Both the position numbers and the translations under genes were made by a program. From the NCBI GenBank assembly GCA_030141605.1, contig JAQGDQ010000126.1:310001-374000 (forward strand): a DNA stretch of 64,000 nt, written 5' to 3'. Shown one piece after another: positions 22,332-35,699 of this stretch; position 1 is the stretch's first letter; every line of letters begins with the position of its first letter. The notes under the pieces were generated by a model. It was not told the origin of the DNA. It did no database searches and was given only the letters and a program-made list of their open reading frames with translations. Source of the stretch: Tubiluchus corallicola. Its lineage: Eukaryota > Animalia > Priapulida.

Positions 22332-24358
22332 TACAAGATTAGTAAATGAATTGTTGAATAGCTGTAAATGAACGAACTTGCAAATGAATGAACGATAATA
22401 AAACGAAAAAATGCACGACTAAATAAATGCATAAGAAAAGGGTATATCTTATTTATACAACAAGCTCTTACTCGTGGTTAGTGAGATAAAAATTTTTATA
22501 AATGTGCGTAATCCAAGTAGTTTTATGAACTTAAATTACTGCACTAACACTTGTGTTAAGTATTCGAATGAACTTCCCATTTCTTTCCGTTCAGCAGCAT
22601 CATTACTGTTGTTTAAAAAGAGTGCTAAAGAATCATCCTTGTTTTAATCGTTAAACGACTATTAGCTATTCATCTTTCGCGAATGCATATTGATTTCAGC
22701 CAGTTAAAATATGATTTATTTATTAAAGAATGTAAAAACGCAGATGGATCTTTTTGTATCGCCAAATTGTAAATTCTGTTAATATTATATTCTTCTATCT
22801 TTTTAATGGACATCAACACTTAGATTATAAAATATAATTTATTATTATAATGTGATTATCTATAATTATATATATATATAATTAATATATAATTATAATA
22901 TAATATAAATTACATAATTTTTGATCGTGCACATTCTTTTATGAATGTTTCTTGCCTGTTCAAACCATTAACTAATATTTAAACTAATAAGAAAAGTGAA
23001 ACGATGTAATTACACAGAGTCCTTGCGTATTTCCATTCATTTCACTTTATTTATTTACTTATTCAGTCAAATAGGGCAACTTAAATTTTAACAAAGGAAA
23101 ATCAATTGTAAAAATACAGTAATATGGACAATGAGAATGATATATAATATTATGAAAATAGTGGTTTAAGAGTACTTATATAGAGTGCAAACCACGTAAT
23201 ACACTGTCCCAATATATCATAATTAACAGACAATACACTTGGAACTAACAGAAATCAGTATCTCATTGCCAATTCTGCATACGATGTATTGCGCATTTGT
23301 CTTTCCTACTCTCTTTTATTACAGTGTCATCTGACAGGACCTTTTGCAGTTGAAAGCCACGTGCCTTGACAGTTTCTGCTTCTCTGGTGAGTGATGAATA
23401 CGTGGTTGATTACATGTGAACGTCTTAATTAGTAACAATCATAAGCTACATTCACACAGAGTCTTTCAGCTGAGCGAACTTTTCGCTAGATAACACACCG
23501 ATGTGCAGGTTTCAGTCTCGTCACTCAGATAAAGGCGTGTGCACATTCAAGCGATCAAGAAAAAAGGCTATGCGATAAAGCCAACACTAATGCGAGGTGC
23601 ACACGCTTATATGAAAACCAAATCGAAAAACCAAAACAATGTCTTCACTGATGTACTTATGGCGCCGTGTACGTGGCTCTCACCGCATTACTGTTTCAAT
23701 TTTCAAATCAATTAATTTATTTCGCAAACAAATAAATAAATAACGTGCATAATAAGTGACATACAAGATTAATACAACTAACAATTTCAACACGCATATA
23801 TATATATATAATATTTCAACACATGGCGTTTGTGAGTTAAGAAGGAAACTTAAAATGCTTTTAGTAGTGAATATCACATTAATAACATATTATTAACAGT
23901 TAGAAAGAGTTACGTACTTGGTAGTAAGAATTTAATAATGCAATTTATGATGTTTATTTTATTTATTTATTTTAGATTTAAATCAACACATAAAGTACTA
24001 TATTTTTATTCATTCTTCACATACACTCAAAACTACGTACAACACAGTACAAAAATACTTATTTCATCTAAAAATTTAGCATAAAAACAAAATTATACAT
24101 TACTCGAGATGATTATAAAAATTGCATTTTAAAAATTTTATGCATGACTATAGAAAGTGAAAATTCCACTAGGCCCAGGCAGCCGACAGAGGAACTAGTA
24201 CATCATTGGTCAGAATTATGTTAAAATACAAAAATTACTCAAGTTGAAACTATATAATCTACGACTGAAACTTTTACAATTATTACTGTTTACTATATCG
24301 TCTGTTAATGAATTCCATATCCTCACAATACAATTTTCAAAAGGAAATTTACATATAT

Positions 24359-24666
24359 TAAAACAACACAACTTTTATGAAAAACTAATTTACAACTGTT
24401 TAAAAACATGTCCAGACGTTTTGGCAATATTTTTTTTATATCTTGATAAAATTCTTTCTAAAAAATCACTCAAAAATTTCTTATTTGGCTTCCTTGTTAT
24501 ACATAATTAGTGCATAATTTTCTCTACTGTAGGCTCTCCTATATGTAAACTGGTTATTTTTTGTATAGTTTACCATTGGTGTGACAGTAGACTGCTGTCG
24601 AAACGTCTGGACATGTTTTTCAGACAGTTGTGAATTAAAGCTTTAATAAAAGTTGTGTTGTTTTAA
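24359..24666. repeat. Inverted repeat with ~63-bp arms
   Basis: taaaacaacacaacttttat...aaaacatgtccagacgttt pairs with aaacgtctggacatgttttt...ataaaagttgtgttgtttta. Confidence 0.8.
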
Positions 24667-26449
24667 CAAATGTTTAAAGTGCCTGCAAAAAACTAAAATT
24701 TACATAGTTAAGCGGTCGTTAAAGTCGTTAAACTACAAAGTTGCATATTTTATATACCCTTTTTAGTAAAAATAACTCCTCTCTTCTAACGATTGCAGTT
24801 TTAGATATGATAATCTTGTTATATAATTTAATCCGTATTTAGTATATAGACATTTAGAAAGAACATATAAAACAAACTAAAGACGCAGAATATAAAACCA
24901 TATACATAAAGTAGTTTTATTTTACGTATCATATGTTTAACCTGGTTGCGAAAAGACACCATCACCGTCCCGCAACTGCGTATGTTTATTCGGTTGGTAG
25001 ACTTGGGCGCGTTTTTGCCATTAATGTTAATGTGTAATTACTGGTTATTGATTGTGCCCTTAATTAAACAGTAAAATAATTTCAATATGCACTTGGCTAA
25101 TAAAAACCTAATAACATTATCTCAGTTGGAAAGTACATTACTTTTTCAATTTTATTTTGGTTGTTTACCTGCATTTAGATACTAATAATTTAAAGGTGCG
25201 AATGACCGAAATGGATTCGTTACCCGCTTGACTATTAGCCTAAAGTGAAATTTCCGTGAAGATTCACTGAGTTTGTCGAACTTTTATGACATTTTAATTA
25301 CCAACGTTACTACAAGTCCCATACGTCACACCTGCAGCACTGATGGCAAAGGGAAAGTCTATGCCGTATAGCTGCTTGCTACGCTAAGACTTCCTGAGAG
25401 TTGTCATCACATCATAAAGCTCCCATTATGTCGTCATACTACATACAAAGGTAATGTACCTAAGTTTTTAACGTTGAATTTGAATTTTACAGGAAATATG
25501 AATTTACGCGCGTAAGCAATATCCAAAAGCCAGACGTGCAATTCGCTGGTGTCTGCGTCACTTGTTTTAATTACTTCACATATAAAGGTGAAAAACAGCA
25601 ATTATCTTGTTAGAAATCATGAACTTTGGCGCACCAAATTGAATATTGTTGTGAACGGGGATTAATGATTAAATATTGTGTATTAATGGTTTTTTTTATT
25701 ATATTTAATGTAGTTATTATCTATAATAAGCAAGTATTAGTATACCTGCTGACAACAAGGAGTGGAAGTGCACTACCATTTGTTCGCAGAGTTTCCTCGG
25801 GTAGATTTTGGGATTACTCACTAACTTTGTTTGAAATAGGAAACTGTTTGATATGAAGCAGGCTGGAAAGGAGAATGAATTTTATTCATTGTCACTATTC
25901 TTGTTATTAACATTAATTTGTGTCGCAACAAAGCTATGTTTTCAAAGTCAAGGAGATCATGAATCTTCTCTGCTTTGTAACCATGTTTTGTCTTATTAAT
26001 ATAATAGTATTGCCATCCTTATAAAAACATATAACTATTTATCTTGAGACTATCGGTGTTGGCTAGAAAACGGTTCCGCATGGGAGGGAAGTAGAATTCT
26101 CGCCAGAGTGAGTATTCTACGCAGCAAACTGGGCGTGGAGTTATAAATTGCTGCTACATTTCTGCTACATAGTCCGGAGAACTGGCAGGCAGCCATCAAA
26201 AATAGTATGGACAAAGTTTATTTTGCTTAAATTTGTGTATCAGGCTATTTCTTTTAAGAATATTAATCAGGATCTTAAGGTACACATAACGAACAAACAA
26301 AAATTAAACAAAAATCTCGTCAATACTGTTTTTTATACTTACCTCAGATTATTGGGTTTGTCTACTGGACTAACAGTAGTGAATTACGATGAACTAAATC
26401 AAAGTGATACTTTGACATCGTATTGTTCAAAACAGTTTCTGCGATGCCA

Positions 26450-27430
26450 GAGGCTTAGAAGAGCTACTATTCCTAGACACTTGATGCATTTCTGTTCCCG
26501 ACCCCCGTTTTTCAGTTTTTGATCTTCCACTGGGGTCAGAGATCAACTTTTCATTGAAATACTACAAGCTACTTTTGTCGACCGCAGAAGGCATTTGTCT
26601 CCTCAACCTCTATTTTGCCCCTAAAATTGGGCCACAGGTTATCTATTCACATTGTAACCTATACCATTCGATTGGCTTCATCGAGATCTTTCATTTGGTA
26701 TGGTACATGGTGCTATTCCTAGACAATCGATGCATTTCTGTTTCCGACACCTATTTTTAAGTTTGTGCTCCCCCTACAGGGGTCAGAGATTAACTAATCA
26801 CTAAGCAATTATTACCATTCAATTTGCCTCATTGAAACCTTTGATTTGATGTGCTACAAGCTAGAGTTGAGAATGGAAAGCATTTGTCTCCCCGACCCCT
26901 ATTTTGCCCCCTAGCGGGGTCGCGGGTTAACTTATTGTAACCTACACAATTCGACCCGCCTCATTCAGACGTTTCGTTTGATATCCTACAAGGCACCATA
27001 GCTTAACTCTCAGTGTACTTCTGGTTCCGACCCCATTTTCGGTTTTTGCCCCTAGCGGAAGATTTTGGGGGACCCCAAAATTTGCATTTTGGCCTCTCCC
27101 TCGGGCGTTTAAAACTTGCCAGCTTTTTAAAACCCCATGTGCACATCTACCTCAGTGTCCAAATACTTGTAAAAATAATTTGGAAAAAACCGAAAGCCCT
27201 AGGAGGAGAAGAAAATGGAACGAAAAACTGACCGACGCCATTGCCCTTCCGCCTTGACCAGTGGTCACTGGTCGCCATACTGTTGTTCGTCCAACGCCCA
27301 GGGCTACAATTCCTGTGTGTTTGGTGACCTTAGCTTGCAAGGCTTACGAGTTATTAAGCGTTAAAGTTGCGGAGAATGAATAAGAATGAATAGATAAATG
27401 TACGAAGAATAGAAAACAACTTCTCGTTTT
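26450..27430. mobile_element. Non-autonomous element with diverged internal tandem subrepeats (Helitron/Helentron-like, tentative)
   Basis: The motif gcatttctgttcccgacccc/gcatttgtctccccgacccctattttgcccc followed by ggggtc recurs near 26485, 26591, 26732, 26880 and 27025. Confidence 0.45.
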
Positions 27431-27519
27431 AACCTGCAAGTTAGCACTGAACTTCGTAATTTTACCAGATAACTAACAGTTTCGTCAATGATACTAACAA
27501 AAAAATTACAAGTCTTGTA

Positions 27520-27880
27520 TTTTGTTTATGATTGCACGTATTAACTCTGGCGTTGAGTTGTGTAGTTTAATTCGACCTAATGTATGCAAGGGGCCAATAC
27601 TCATTATTATTATTGCAAAGAAGTAAATATAGGTGCGTTATCGCTAGTATTATTCTAGTGATATAATTTAAAAGTTTAAAGTTGAAATTTGTAGTTCATA
27701 CATTAATTTCACAATTAGAACAATTTCACAATTTCAATTAGCACTTTTTGTCATGCTTGTAGTTATTGCAGTAACACAATATCTCACTGTCCATAATTGC
27801 TAAACGTTTTAAAAACTTGAAGAATAGTAAGAGTGCCGCGGTACCAAACAGAGGATTGTGCTTTCCCCTACGCTCTTTTA
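27520..27880. repeat. Dispersed repeat A, copy 1 (copy 2 at ~35060-35420)
   Basis: Shared attctagtgatataatttaaaag...gaaatttgtagttcatacattaatttcacaa...ctcactgtccataattgctaaa...cagaggattgt. Confidence 0.88.
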
Positions 27881-28263
27881 AAGTCAAACGGGCGAATGTA
27901 TTAGCTGACAGGTTGAACAGATTGTGCAATGCTGTTAGGCGTCGAGTAAGCTGGCGTACATGGGCTAGCCTAAGTAGGACGCGTCGCACATGGGCTAGCC
28001 CAAGTAGGACGCGTCGTATATGGGCTGCCCAAATAGGACAATAGAGACAGGTCGCGAATTGAGTCGTTAAGCGTACTGGCACCGTCCGTTGTCCTTGTTT
28101 ATGTAATAATAATAAATAAAAAACGTCAATACATGTTGAATGATTTATTATACATATGATAAAATAAAAGAATTTTATTCTGAGGTAGAAGAATTAATAT
28201 TTGCCAATATTAATCTTCTTTGAAGTGAAATAAGCGCACTTTTTAGGCGATTCAACATTTTCT

Positions 28264-29171
28264 TAAGGTATATCATTTTTTTATTTTGTCCTGCTTCACA
28301 GACAGGTGATCCGTTTCACTCTTTCTTGGACAAATAATTGTTTTCTACTAAATAAACGGGTTAGCGAGTTATGTGCCCTACATAGTTTCTCTCTCTAAAG
28401 CATTAGATAATTAGTTTAAATGTTATCTCTTATATGGGTGTTGTGGTGCAGTGTGGTGTGATGTGGTGGAGTCGTATGGTGTGGGTGGTGTGGTGTGGTG
28501 TGTGGGTGGTGCGGTGTGCTGCAGTGGTATGGTGTGGTGCGGTCGCCGCAAATGGTGCCGTCGTCTGGGCTGTAGCCTCGAATCTTATATATATATATAT
28601 ATACCAAGAATATTAATATAATAGTAGACTAGCCAAACCCCACAAAAAGAATTTTGTGCACAAATCAACACACAACCCACACCACACCACTCCACCTCAT
28701 CACACCACACTGCACCACACCATACCACTCCACCTCATCGCACCACACAATACCACCACACCACACCGCACCACACCATACCACCTACACACCACACCAC
28801 TCACACCATACCACTCCACCACATCACACCACACTGCACCACACCATACCACTGCACCACATCACACCGCACAGCACCACACCATACCACTCCACCACAT
28901 CACACCACATCGCACCACACCATACCACTGCAGCACACCGCACCACCCACACACCACACCACCCACACCAATGTGGTCAAGGACTATCCATCGTTATTAT
29001 AAAGTTATTTTTTCTAAAACAAATTTAGTTTTATATTTTATTATGTCATAAATCTCGATTCTCGATAGAAATCGCTAGTGTCCTACTTGGACACTGCTTT
29101 TCTGCAAATTTAGCCCATGCGTTTTAGCGGAAGTGTCCTACTTCGGCTGGTGGTTTACTCGGCGCCCTACA
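28264..29171. repeat. Dispersed repeat B, copy 1, interrupted by satellite (copy 2 at 30065-30494)
   Basis: taaggtatatcattttt...cttcacagacaggtg through ...ggaagtgtcctacttcggct...tactcggcgccctaca in both copies. Confidence 0.88.
28435..28970. repeat. (GTGGT)n and (CACCA)n low-complexity tracts in inverted orientation
   Basis: G-rich tract 28435-28540 and C-rich tract 28675-28970 are reverse complements; they explain the His/Thr/Pro-rich ORFs. Confidence 0.9.
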
Positions 29172-30064
29172 TATGTGTTACCTTATTCAACTTTGAAACT
29201 GTATTGTAAAGTTTAATTGCGTTTGCTGTCAAATTATTATCGCTCTGTAATGGAAATCAGTTGCTTTCGCTCGCTTTTTGGAGGTTGTCAAATAAGATGC
29301 AATTTGGGCAAGGTAACTGTTAGCAGTGGTGTGCAGTCCGTAAATGCAACGCATGTACAGCATGCCTTCTAATTTCCAAAAAATAATTACGATGTAAAAA
29401 GCACTTGTAAATATTTCTAATAATTAACTATTATTGCTAGAATTTATTAACACTTTATACTTGTATTGTATTGTATTATAACGGCTATACGTTCTGTGAG
29501 ACCATTGCACTACGCATGCGTCACAGCTGTATGCATTCATGATTATTTTCCAATGTGAAGACACACTCGTTGCGATTTAGACAAGGCGCTTAATTAAAGG
29601 CGTGGCTTAATCGAAACGTGTCCACTCACAATTAGCTACTGCATTGTTTTTTATTCCAATCCTATTCCTGTGAGGTAACTTCACCATTGATTCAACTTGG
29701 GTTTTCATTGCATCACAGGGTTTGTTTGTGCCTTGCTTAATATGTACTATAGTTGATTGAGTTTTGCAGAGTGCTATATAATAACTTACGTTGCGTTTAC
29801 GTGTTTTATTTCAAATTGCTGTATTGTTTAAATCCTTTATTGTGTTAACAGCTTTGGTTCAAGGGACTGGCATCATTGAAATTGAATTACACTACCTAAT
29901 CATAGCCTAGTTCTGCATCAGTTGCAGTAAATACCAGACATTACAACTCTCCAGATTTGGAATTTTTAATTGAGATTTTAGTGATAGCCTTCCCTTTTCC
30001 TGATTTGCGGCCAGTTGTCTACCTCAACATAAAGTGCGATTGATAAGAGGTTCAACATGTTCAT

Positions 30065-30494
30065 AAGGTATATCATTTTTATTTTGTCTTGCTTCACAGA
30101 CAGGTGTTCCTTTTCGCTCCCTATTGGACAAATAATTATTTTCTACTAAGTAAACAGGTTAGCGAGTTATGTGCCATACATAGTTTTTCTCTTTAAAGCA
30201 ATAGATGCTTAGTTTAATGTTATGATGATATTAATGGAGCTAATAATAATGAAGATATTGTTGTAAAATTAGATTTGTAAATTGTCAAGGACTAGCTATC
30301 GCTATTATAAAGTTACTTTTTTCTAAAACAAATTTAGTTTTATGTTTTATTATGTCATAAATCTCGATTCTCAACAGAAATCGCCAGTGTCTTACCTGTG
30401 CTGCCCATTTACGACACTGCTTTTCCGCAAATTTAGCACATGCGTTTTACCGGAAGTGTCCTACTTCGGCTAGTGGATTACTCGGCGCCCTACA
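30065..30494. repeat. Dispersed repeat B, copy 2
   Basis: Similar to both flanks of 28264-29171 but without the satellite. Confidence 0.88.
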
Positions 30495-30551
30495 ATGCCG
30501 CAAACGAAATCAGAATAATACTTCATCTCTCTAAGCCCCAGTTTATGGTTA

Positions 30552-31053
30552 CAGTGGCCGCCGCTTATTATGGACACGGTTATTGTGGACAGCCGGTTAT
30601 TGTGGACAACTCGCGAGGGACGGAATTTTCCCCTAATAAAATCCACCGGTTAATATGGACAACCGCCGCTTAATATGGACAGCGAACATTCTTGGCACGT
30701 GACCAGCCGTGCCAACTGCCAACCACGGCCTGCGCGCGTGACTGAAAAGAGCTTCCCGCTCTGCTGCCTGTGTGAGTCATTGCATCAGTCAGTTCGCAGT
30801 TTGCCGTGGCCTTGAGAGCTTCGAAACTGTGATAACTTCCTTCCGTTCAAGGTTGAGAGAAAAGTTTCCTGCCAAACAAACTCGTCTGACTTCTTTTTTT
30901 CAATAAAACAGGAGACGAGTTGATACAGACAGTTTTTTGCCTTTTTTAATGAAGGGGAAGGGTCTTCATGGGTCACTTCGCTTAATATGGACAGCCGCTT
31001 AATATGGACATACACTGCTGGCCCGACGTGTCCACAATAAGCGGCGGCCACTG
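30552..31053. mobile_element. Tc1/mariner-pogo-type MITE
   Basis: TA|CAGTGGCCGCCGCTTATTATGGACACG ... CGTGTCCACAATAAGCGGCGGCCACTG|TA: 27-bp TIR with 1 mismatch, TA target site, internal repeats cgcttaatatggaca. Confidence 0.93.
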
Positions 31054-31149
31054 TATTAATTCTGAAGACACTGAACCATTTTGTGTCGCCTCTGTTAAAA
31101 TCGAGTACACAAGGATTTATGTAAGTTTTCATCATTTTTAGCCCAAAAC

Positions 31150-31900
31150 GCAGATGCGCCTTATGTTGTAAAAAGAACTGTCTGGCAAAGTGCTATGAAA
31201 AACGCTATTCTCTATGGATGCGATATCTGGTGGAGATAAAAACCTATCATACGTTTCTCAGCCAGCTTTACAGACCTTGAAAGAAATGTTTGGCGTGCCT
31301 CAACAGACTTTTACTGACATAATTCATATTGAGAGTGATATTGCTTTGTGCAAAGCTGAGATTCGGGCACGGCAACCAAATTTTATAAACAGGTATAGAA
31401 CACCTGATTTTTATATAGGAAGCCTGTTACAGAAAGCGTTAGTTCTTACTGTCTGTAATTATACTGTCTAGATCCAAGGCACCGAAATCCCAGGACTGAC
31501 TTTCTAGAATTACGCAGACAGGCTATACGTTCTTCACTATAAACCAGGAGAAATACCTATTTAGCCGTGAATCCCTCGCTAACCACTCATGGCATTTACC
31601 AGACATAAGATGTACCCGAACACGAAAGAATAGCCAAACCATACTGCGTCTTGGAAATCATGATCTGCGAATCGAAACAGGGCACTGGGCAAGATTCCCC
31701 TCTCACCAACGTCTATGCATTTCTGGTCTTGTGCAAGACGAAGAACACATCGTGTGCCTTTGTAGTTACACTAGTGATCTAAGAACTGATGATGAAGCGG
31801 AGTTCATTAGATGCCTTTATAGACTCGACTCCACCCAAAATGCTCGCCACTATATGCAATAATTGTCTTTCTAGGGCAAAAGAGTTAAATAGGCAGCAAC
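31150..31900 (+). mobile_element. Degenerate LINE ORF2 3' end
   Basis: LRLGNHDLRIETGHWARFPSHQRLCISGLVQDEEHIVCLC at ~31644-31763 resembles the C-terminal RLxxHxLxIETGR...CxxC...EDExH motif of non-LTR elements. Confidence 0.75.
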
Positions 31901-33163
31901 GTTTATCATGTTTTTGCAGCTACAGTTAACACATTAGCACATTTAGACATTTTAGCCTGACATGCGAACTTTTTTGTTTTTGTGTGCGTTTTGTTTTAGT
32001 TTTTCTGCAGTAATGCTAAACAACTTGTTTTTCTGGACATAAGATGGATGTTCTTATTTTACTAGCAATATGTCTCACTCCGTGTAACAAGGTAATCTTT
32101 GTCAATAAATTACTACTAGTACTGCTATTAATAAATGACAATTAATAATTTTAACACAAATATTAAAAACGACTTTCATTCGCTTGAAACATTTGCTTGA
32201 TTACTCTTAAAGACCTAAGTTTATTTGGTGTATGCACCATTTCGTATGTAGTTCGGATAACTCGAGTATGCCTGGTAAAATCGATTTTGGACAGTTTCAA
32301 AACATGTTTTAAAGATTCTCACTACTACAAACTATATACACTATTTGCAAAACATTTACAATAAGAATCAGCTATATCTACACGAGCAGACAAATTTACT
32401 AAAAGACCACATCAATAATAAGTAATAAATCGGCAGTTAAAAATTTTAATGTACGAATATTTAAGGCTGACGCATTTCATATGAGGTAGAACTACTAGAA
32501 GCGTTTAGCACGAAATGTAAGGTCATTTACACATGTACACAATGGAAAATTTTACGGTTAACAACATAATTAAAGTAATCTTTTCCAAATAATAACAACT
32601 TCAATAGATCATTACTTCCTAGTACAACTATACTAAGGTTTGAGGCAACAGTATTTCCTTTACTTCATCATGCATAATAACTCTAATTTGTTGATACAAT
32701 TGACAACAATAAGTGCTCAGCAGCCTCAAACCAAAATCCACAGTTAAAATTCGGAAAAACTGGATAAATGTGATTATCTTTCCTGCCTGCAGAGAAAAGA
32801 TAATAGTTTAGCTGAGAAAACATTTTAGTTCTGATTACTGTAGTTTATACTTTATTTTACCAAATGTTTATTTCTGCAGAAACGGGGTTCTCGATCTTTA
32901 GGTCTGCAAAAGGTCATATCTACAATTTTTGAAGAATTACAAGTTTGTACCACCCAAGCAAATTTTTCTGTCGAATTTGAATATAGTACTGGGAAGCAGC
33001 AGCGTGTCCTATTTCTTGAAGAAAATGAGTCTACGTTGATATTTAAATTTCAGGATTATACAAACATATGTAAAATATGGATTACATGGCTTGCTTTTTT
33101 TCTTTTGCAGGGTAGTGGTTCATGCAGAAGCTGTAGTGTTTTAGTGAGGTAAATAGCAGCGCA

Positions 33164-34873
33164 ATGTCTAATTGTCAACGATGGTTAATATTTTCTACAA
33201 TTTACACAGTCATTTTTGCAAAAGGTTTTGAAACAAAATGTGAAAAAAACGAGGAGACGGCATTGATCATGATACCAATTCTTGCAAGAAACAAAGCGCA
33301 TACATTGCCGCATTATTTGGGCTATATCGATGAGTTGAATTATCCAAAGAGCAAGATTGCATTGTGGATAAGAACTGATCATAATATAGACAACACTTCG
33401 GCAATATTACTCGAGTGGATCAGTAAAGTTGAAGGGAAATACCACTCAATTGATTTCAATTCCGTTGAACACCCGAAATCATTTCCTGGCGAAGATTCTC
33501 CACTTTCTTGGTCCCAGTTTAGGTTCACACATATTATCAATCTCCGAGAGGGAGCCTTAACGGCAGCGCGAAAAATAAGAGCAGACTATGTATTTTTCAT
33601 TGATTGTGATAACTTCATTGAAAATAGCAAAACACTGAAGGTACTTATTAATGCCAATAAAACAGTTATAGCTCCTATGTTAGAATCACGATCTACTTAT
33701 TCGAACTTTTGGGGTGCACAAACTGCAAATGGGTATTACAAACGAAATGCAGAATATATAAAGATATATAAGAAGTTCAAACGTGGCTGTTTCCCAATTG
33801 CAGTTGTCCATTCCTCTTTTCTGATTGACCTCAAAAATTCTACATCAATGGCCTTAACATTTGATAATAAAAAACTTAAAAGCAATTATGATAAAGAACG
33901 TGATGACGTTCTCATTTTTGCTCACTCTGCACAGGCTGCTGGAATTCAGCAATTCGTCTGTAATTATGAGGATTTTGGTCTCCTTACCATTCCGCAAACA
34001 GACATGCAGGCTGATATCCAGGAAGTCACCAACTTAAAAATTGGAGCAATGGAAACATTTTCTACAGATGAGGTATGTTGGGAAATGAACAAAAGACGGT
34101 ACAATAAACAATTTTTGACATCACAATACATAACAGCATTAAGGCAGAAGAAAGACTCGTTGGGTTTTGACAGGGTGTTTGTAATAAACCTTCAACGACG
34201 ACCAGAAAGAAAGCAACGTATGACGGCGATGTTTGAGGCACTTGATATAGAAGTTGAATTCATTGATGCCTGGGATGGGCTTAAGTTGAACAAAAGTTGG
34301 CTAGCAGAAAATGGAATCAGAGAACTAGAAGGATATAGAGATCCGTTTCTTCACCGTTCAATAAAGTTAGGTGAAGTTGCAACAACAATGTCACATCACA
34401 AAACGTGGAAAGAGATTGTAGATAAAGGTTACAGAAGTGCACTCATATTTGAGGATGATGCTATGCTTGTTACCAACTACCGACAGAAGATACGTGAAGT
34501 CATGGACGAAGCAGAGAAACTTCATTGGGAGTTCATCAACTTCGGTGGCAAGTTTCTTGACAATTTCTGGAAATCTGCCAAGGACTCAAAGTTTTTTGTG
34601 ATCCCCGGTTACACCTACTTGCTGCATTCTTATGCCCTCACATTTTCTGGTGCCCAAAAATTGGTGCAAGGCAAGCCACTGGAAAAAATTGTGGCCGTTG
34701 ATGAGTATGTACCAATCATGTACAACAAACATCCTAATGCTGAATGGAGTTCAAAATTCACTCCAAAGTCTTTGCGTGCATTTGCTACAAAGGATTGGCT
34801 AGCCTATCCAAGCTTGGAGCTACATCATTATGTCAGTGACGGTTATAATTCTCCATTATTGAATGAAACGTGA
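33164..34873 (+). CDS. COLGALT-like: Procollagen galactosyltransferase-like protein (COLGALT/GLT25D, GT25 family); intronless CDS, 569 aa
   Basis: Signal peptide, ILARNKAHTLPHYLG, LWIRTDHNIDNT, FIDCDNF (DxD), APMLES..YSNFWG, VHSSFLIDL, DDVLIFA; second domain FDRVFVINLQRRPER, LIFEDD, VDEYVPIMY..HP. Strong acceptor ttttcttttgcag| at 33110 in the 5'UTR. Confidence 0.93.
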   Translation: MSNCQRWLIFSTIYTVIFAKGFETKCEKNEETALIMIPILARNKAHTLPHYLGYIDELNYPKSKIALWIRTDHNIDNTSAILLEWISKVEGKYHSIDFNSVEHPKSFPGEDSPLSWSQFRFTHIINLREGALTAARKIRADYVFFIDCDNFIENSKTLKVLINANKTVIAPMLESRSTYSNFWGAQTANGYYKRNAEYIKIYKKFKRGCFPIAVVHSSFLIDLKNSTSMALTFDNKKLKSNYDKERDDVLIFAHSAQAAGIQQFVCNYEDFGLLTIPQTDMQADIQEVTNLKIGAMETFSTDEVCWEMNKRRYNKQFLTSQYITALRQKKDSLGFDRVFVINLQRRPERKQRMTAMFEALDIEVEFIDAWDGLKLNKSWLAENGIRELEGYRDPFLHRSIKLGEVATTMSHHKTWKEIVDKGYRSALIFEDDAMLVTNYRQKIREVMDEAEKLHWEFINFGGKFLDNFWKSAKDSKFFVIPGYTYLLHSYALTFSGAQKLVQGKPLEKIVAVDEYVPIMYNKHPNAEWSSKFTPKSLRAFATKDWLAYPSLELHHYVSDGYNSPLLNET

Positions 34874-35059
34874 TGGTCATACATAATTTTCGTAAGTAGA
34901 GATTATCGGGGAATGTTTCGTCCAGTTTATCCAAAATTAATGCACATAGTGTATTAATTTGGAACGATATGTATACATTGGTACAAGTTTGATTAACATG
35001 AATCAAATAACGTGTAAGTTAACACTAAACTTTGTAATTCTGCCAGCTAATTAACTAAC

Positions 35060-35420
35060 AGTTTTGTTTATGATTTACGTATCAGCTCTGATGCTGAGTT
35101 GTGTATAACGTTAACTTTAATTCTACCTAGTGTATGCAAAGGGCTAGTACTTATTATTATTATTATTGCAAACAAGTAATTGTATACTTTATCATTTGTA
35201 TAATTCTAGTGATATAATTTAAAAGTCAAACCTGAAATTTGTAGTTCATACATTAATTTCACAAATGGTACAATTAACATTTTTTACAGGGGGTTGTAGT
35301 TATTGCAGTGACACAATACCTCACTGTCCATAATTGCTAAAACGTTTTGAAGAATAGTAAGAGTACTACGGTACCATACAGAGGATTGTAATAGCTCACT
35401 ATCCCCTATGCTCTTTTAAA
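35060..35420. repeat. Dispersed repeat A, copy 2
   Basis: Matches 27520-27880. Confidence 0.88.
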
Positions 35421-35699
35421 TGCGTACTAAAAACTGTAGAACTTGCAAATAACCAATTTTCCTTTTCCAATTTTACTTTTAAAAATAGTAAATAATTTAG
35501 ATGTAAATAAAGCTGGCACATCAGACATATAATACAAATTATAATTTACAGAACACTAATTTTGCCCCATTATTTATATGCCTGCATACTGTTTGTGAAG
35601 AGAGAAAACTAGGTGAAAAGAGAGTCTTACATCAAATTAAATACACTTCAAAACTATGCTTTTCGATTAGTTAATGGTTATTTTTTGAAATAATCTCAC

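Noticed and set aside
28416-29051. His/Thr/Pro-rich ORFs
   Set aside because: Low-complexity satellite open in several frames.
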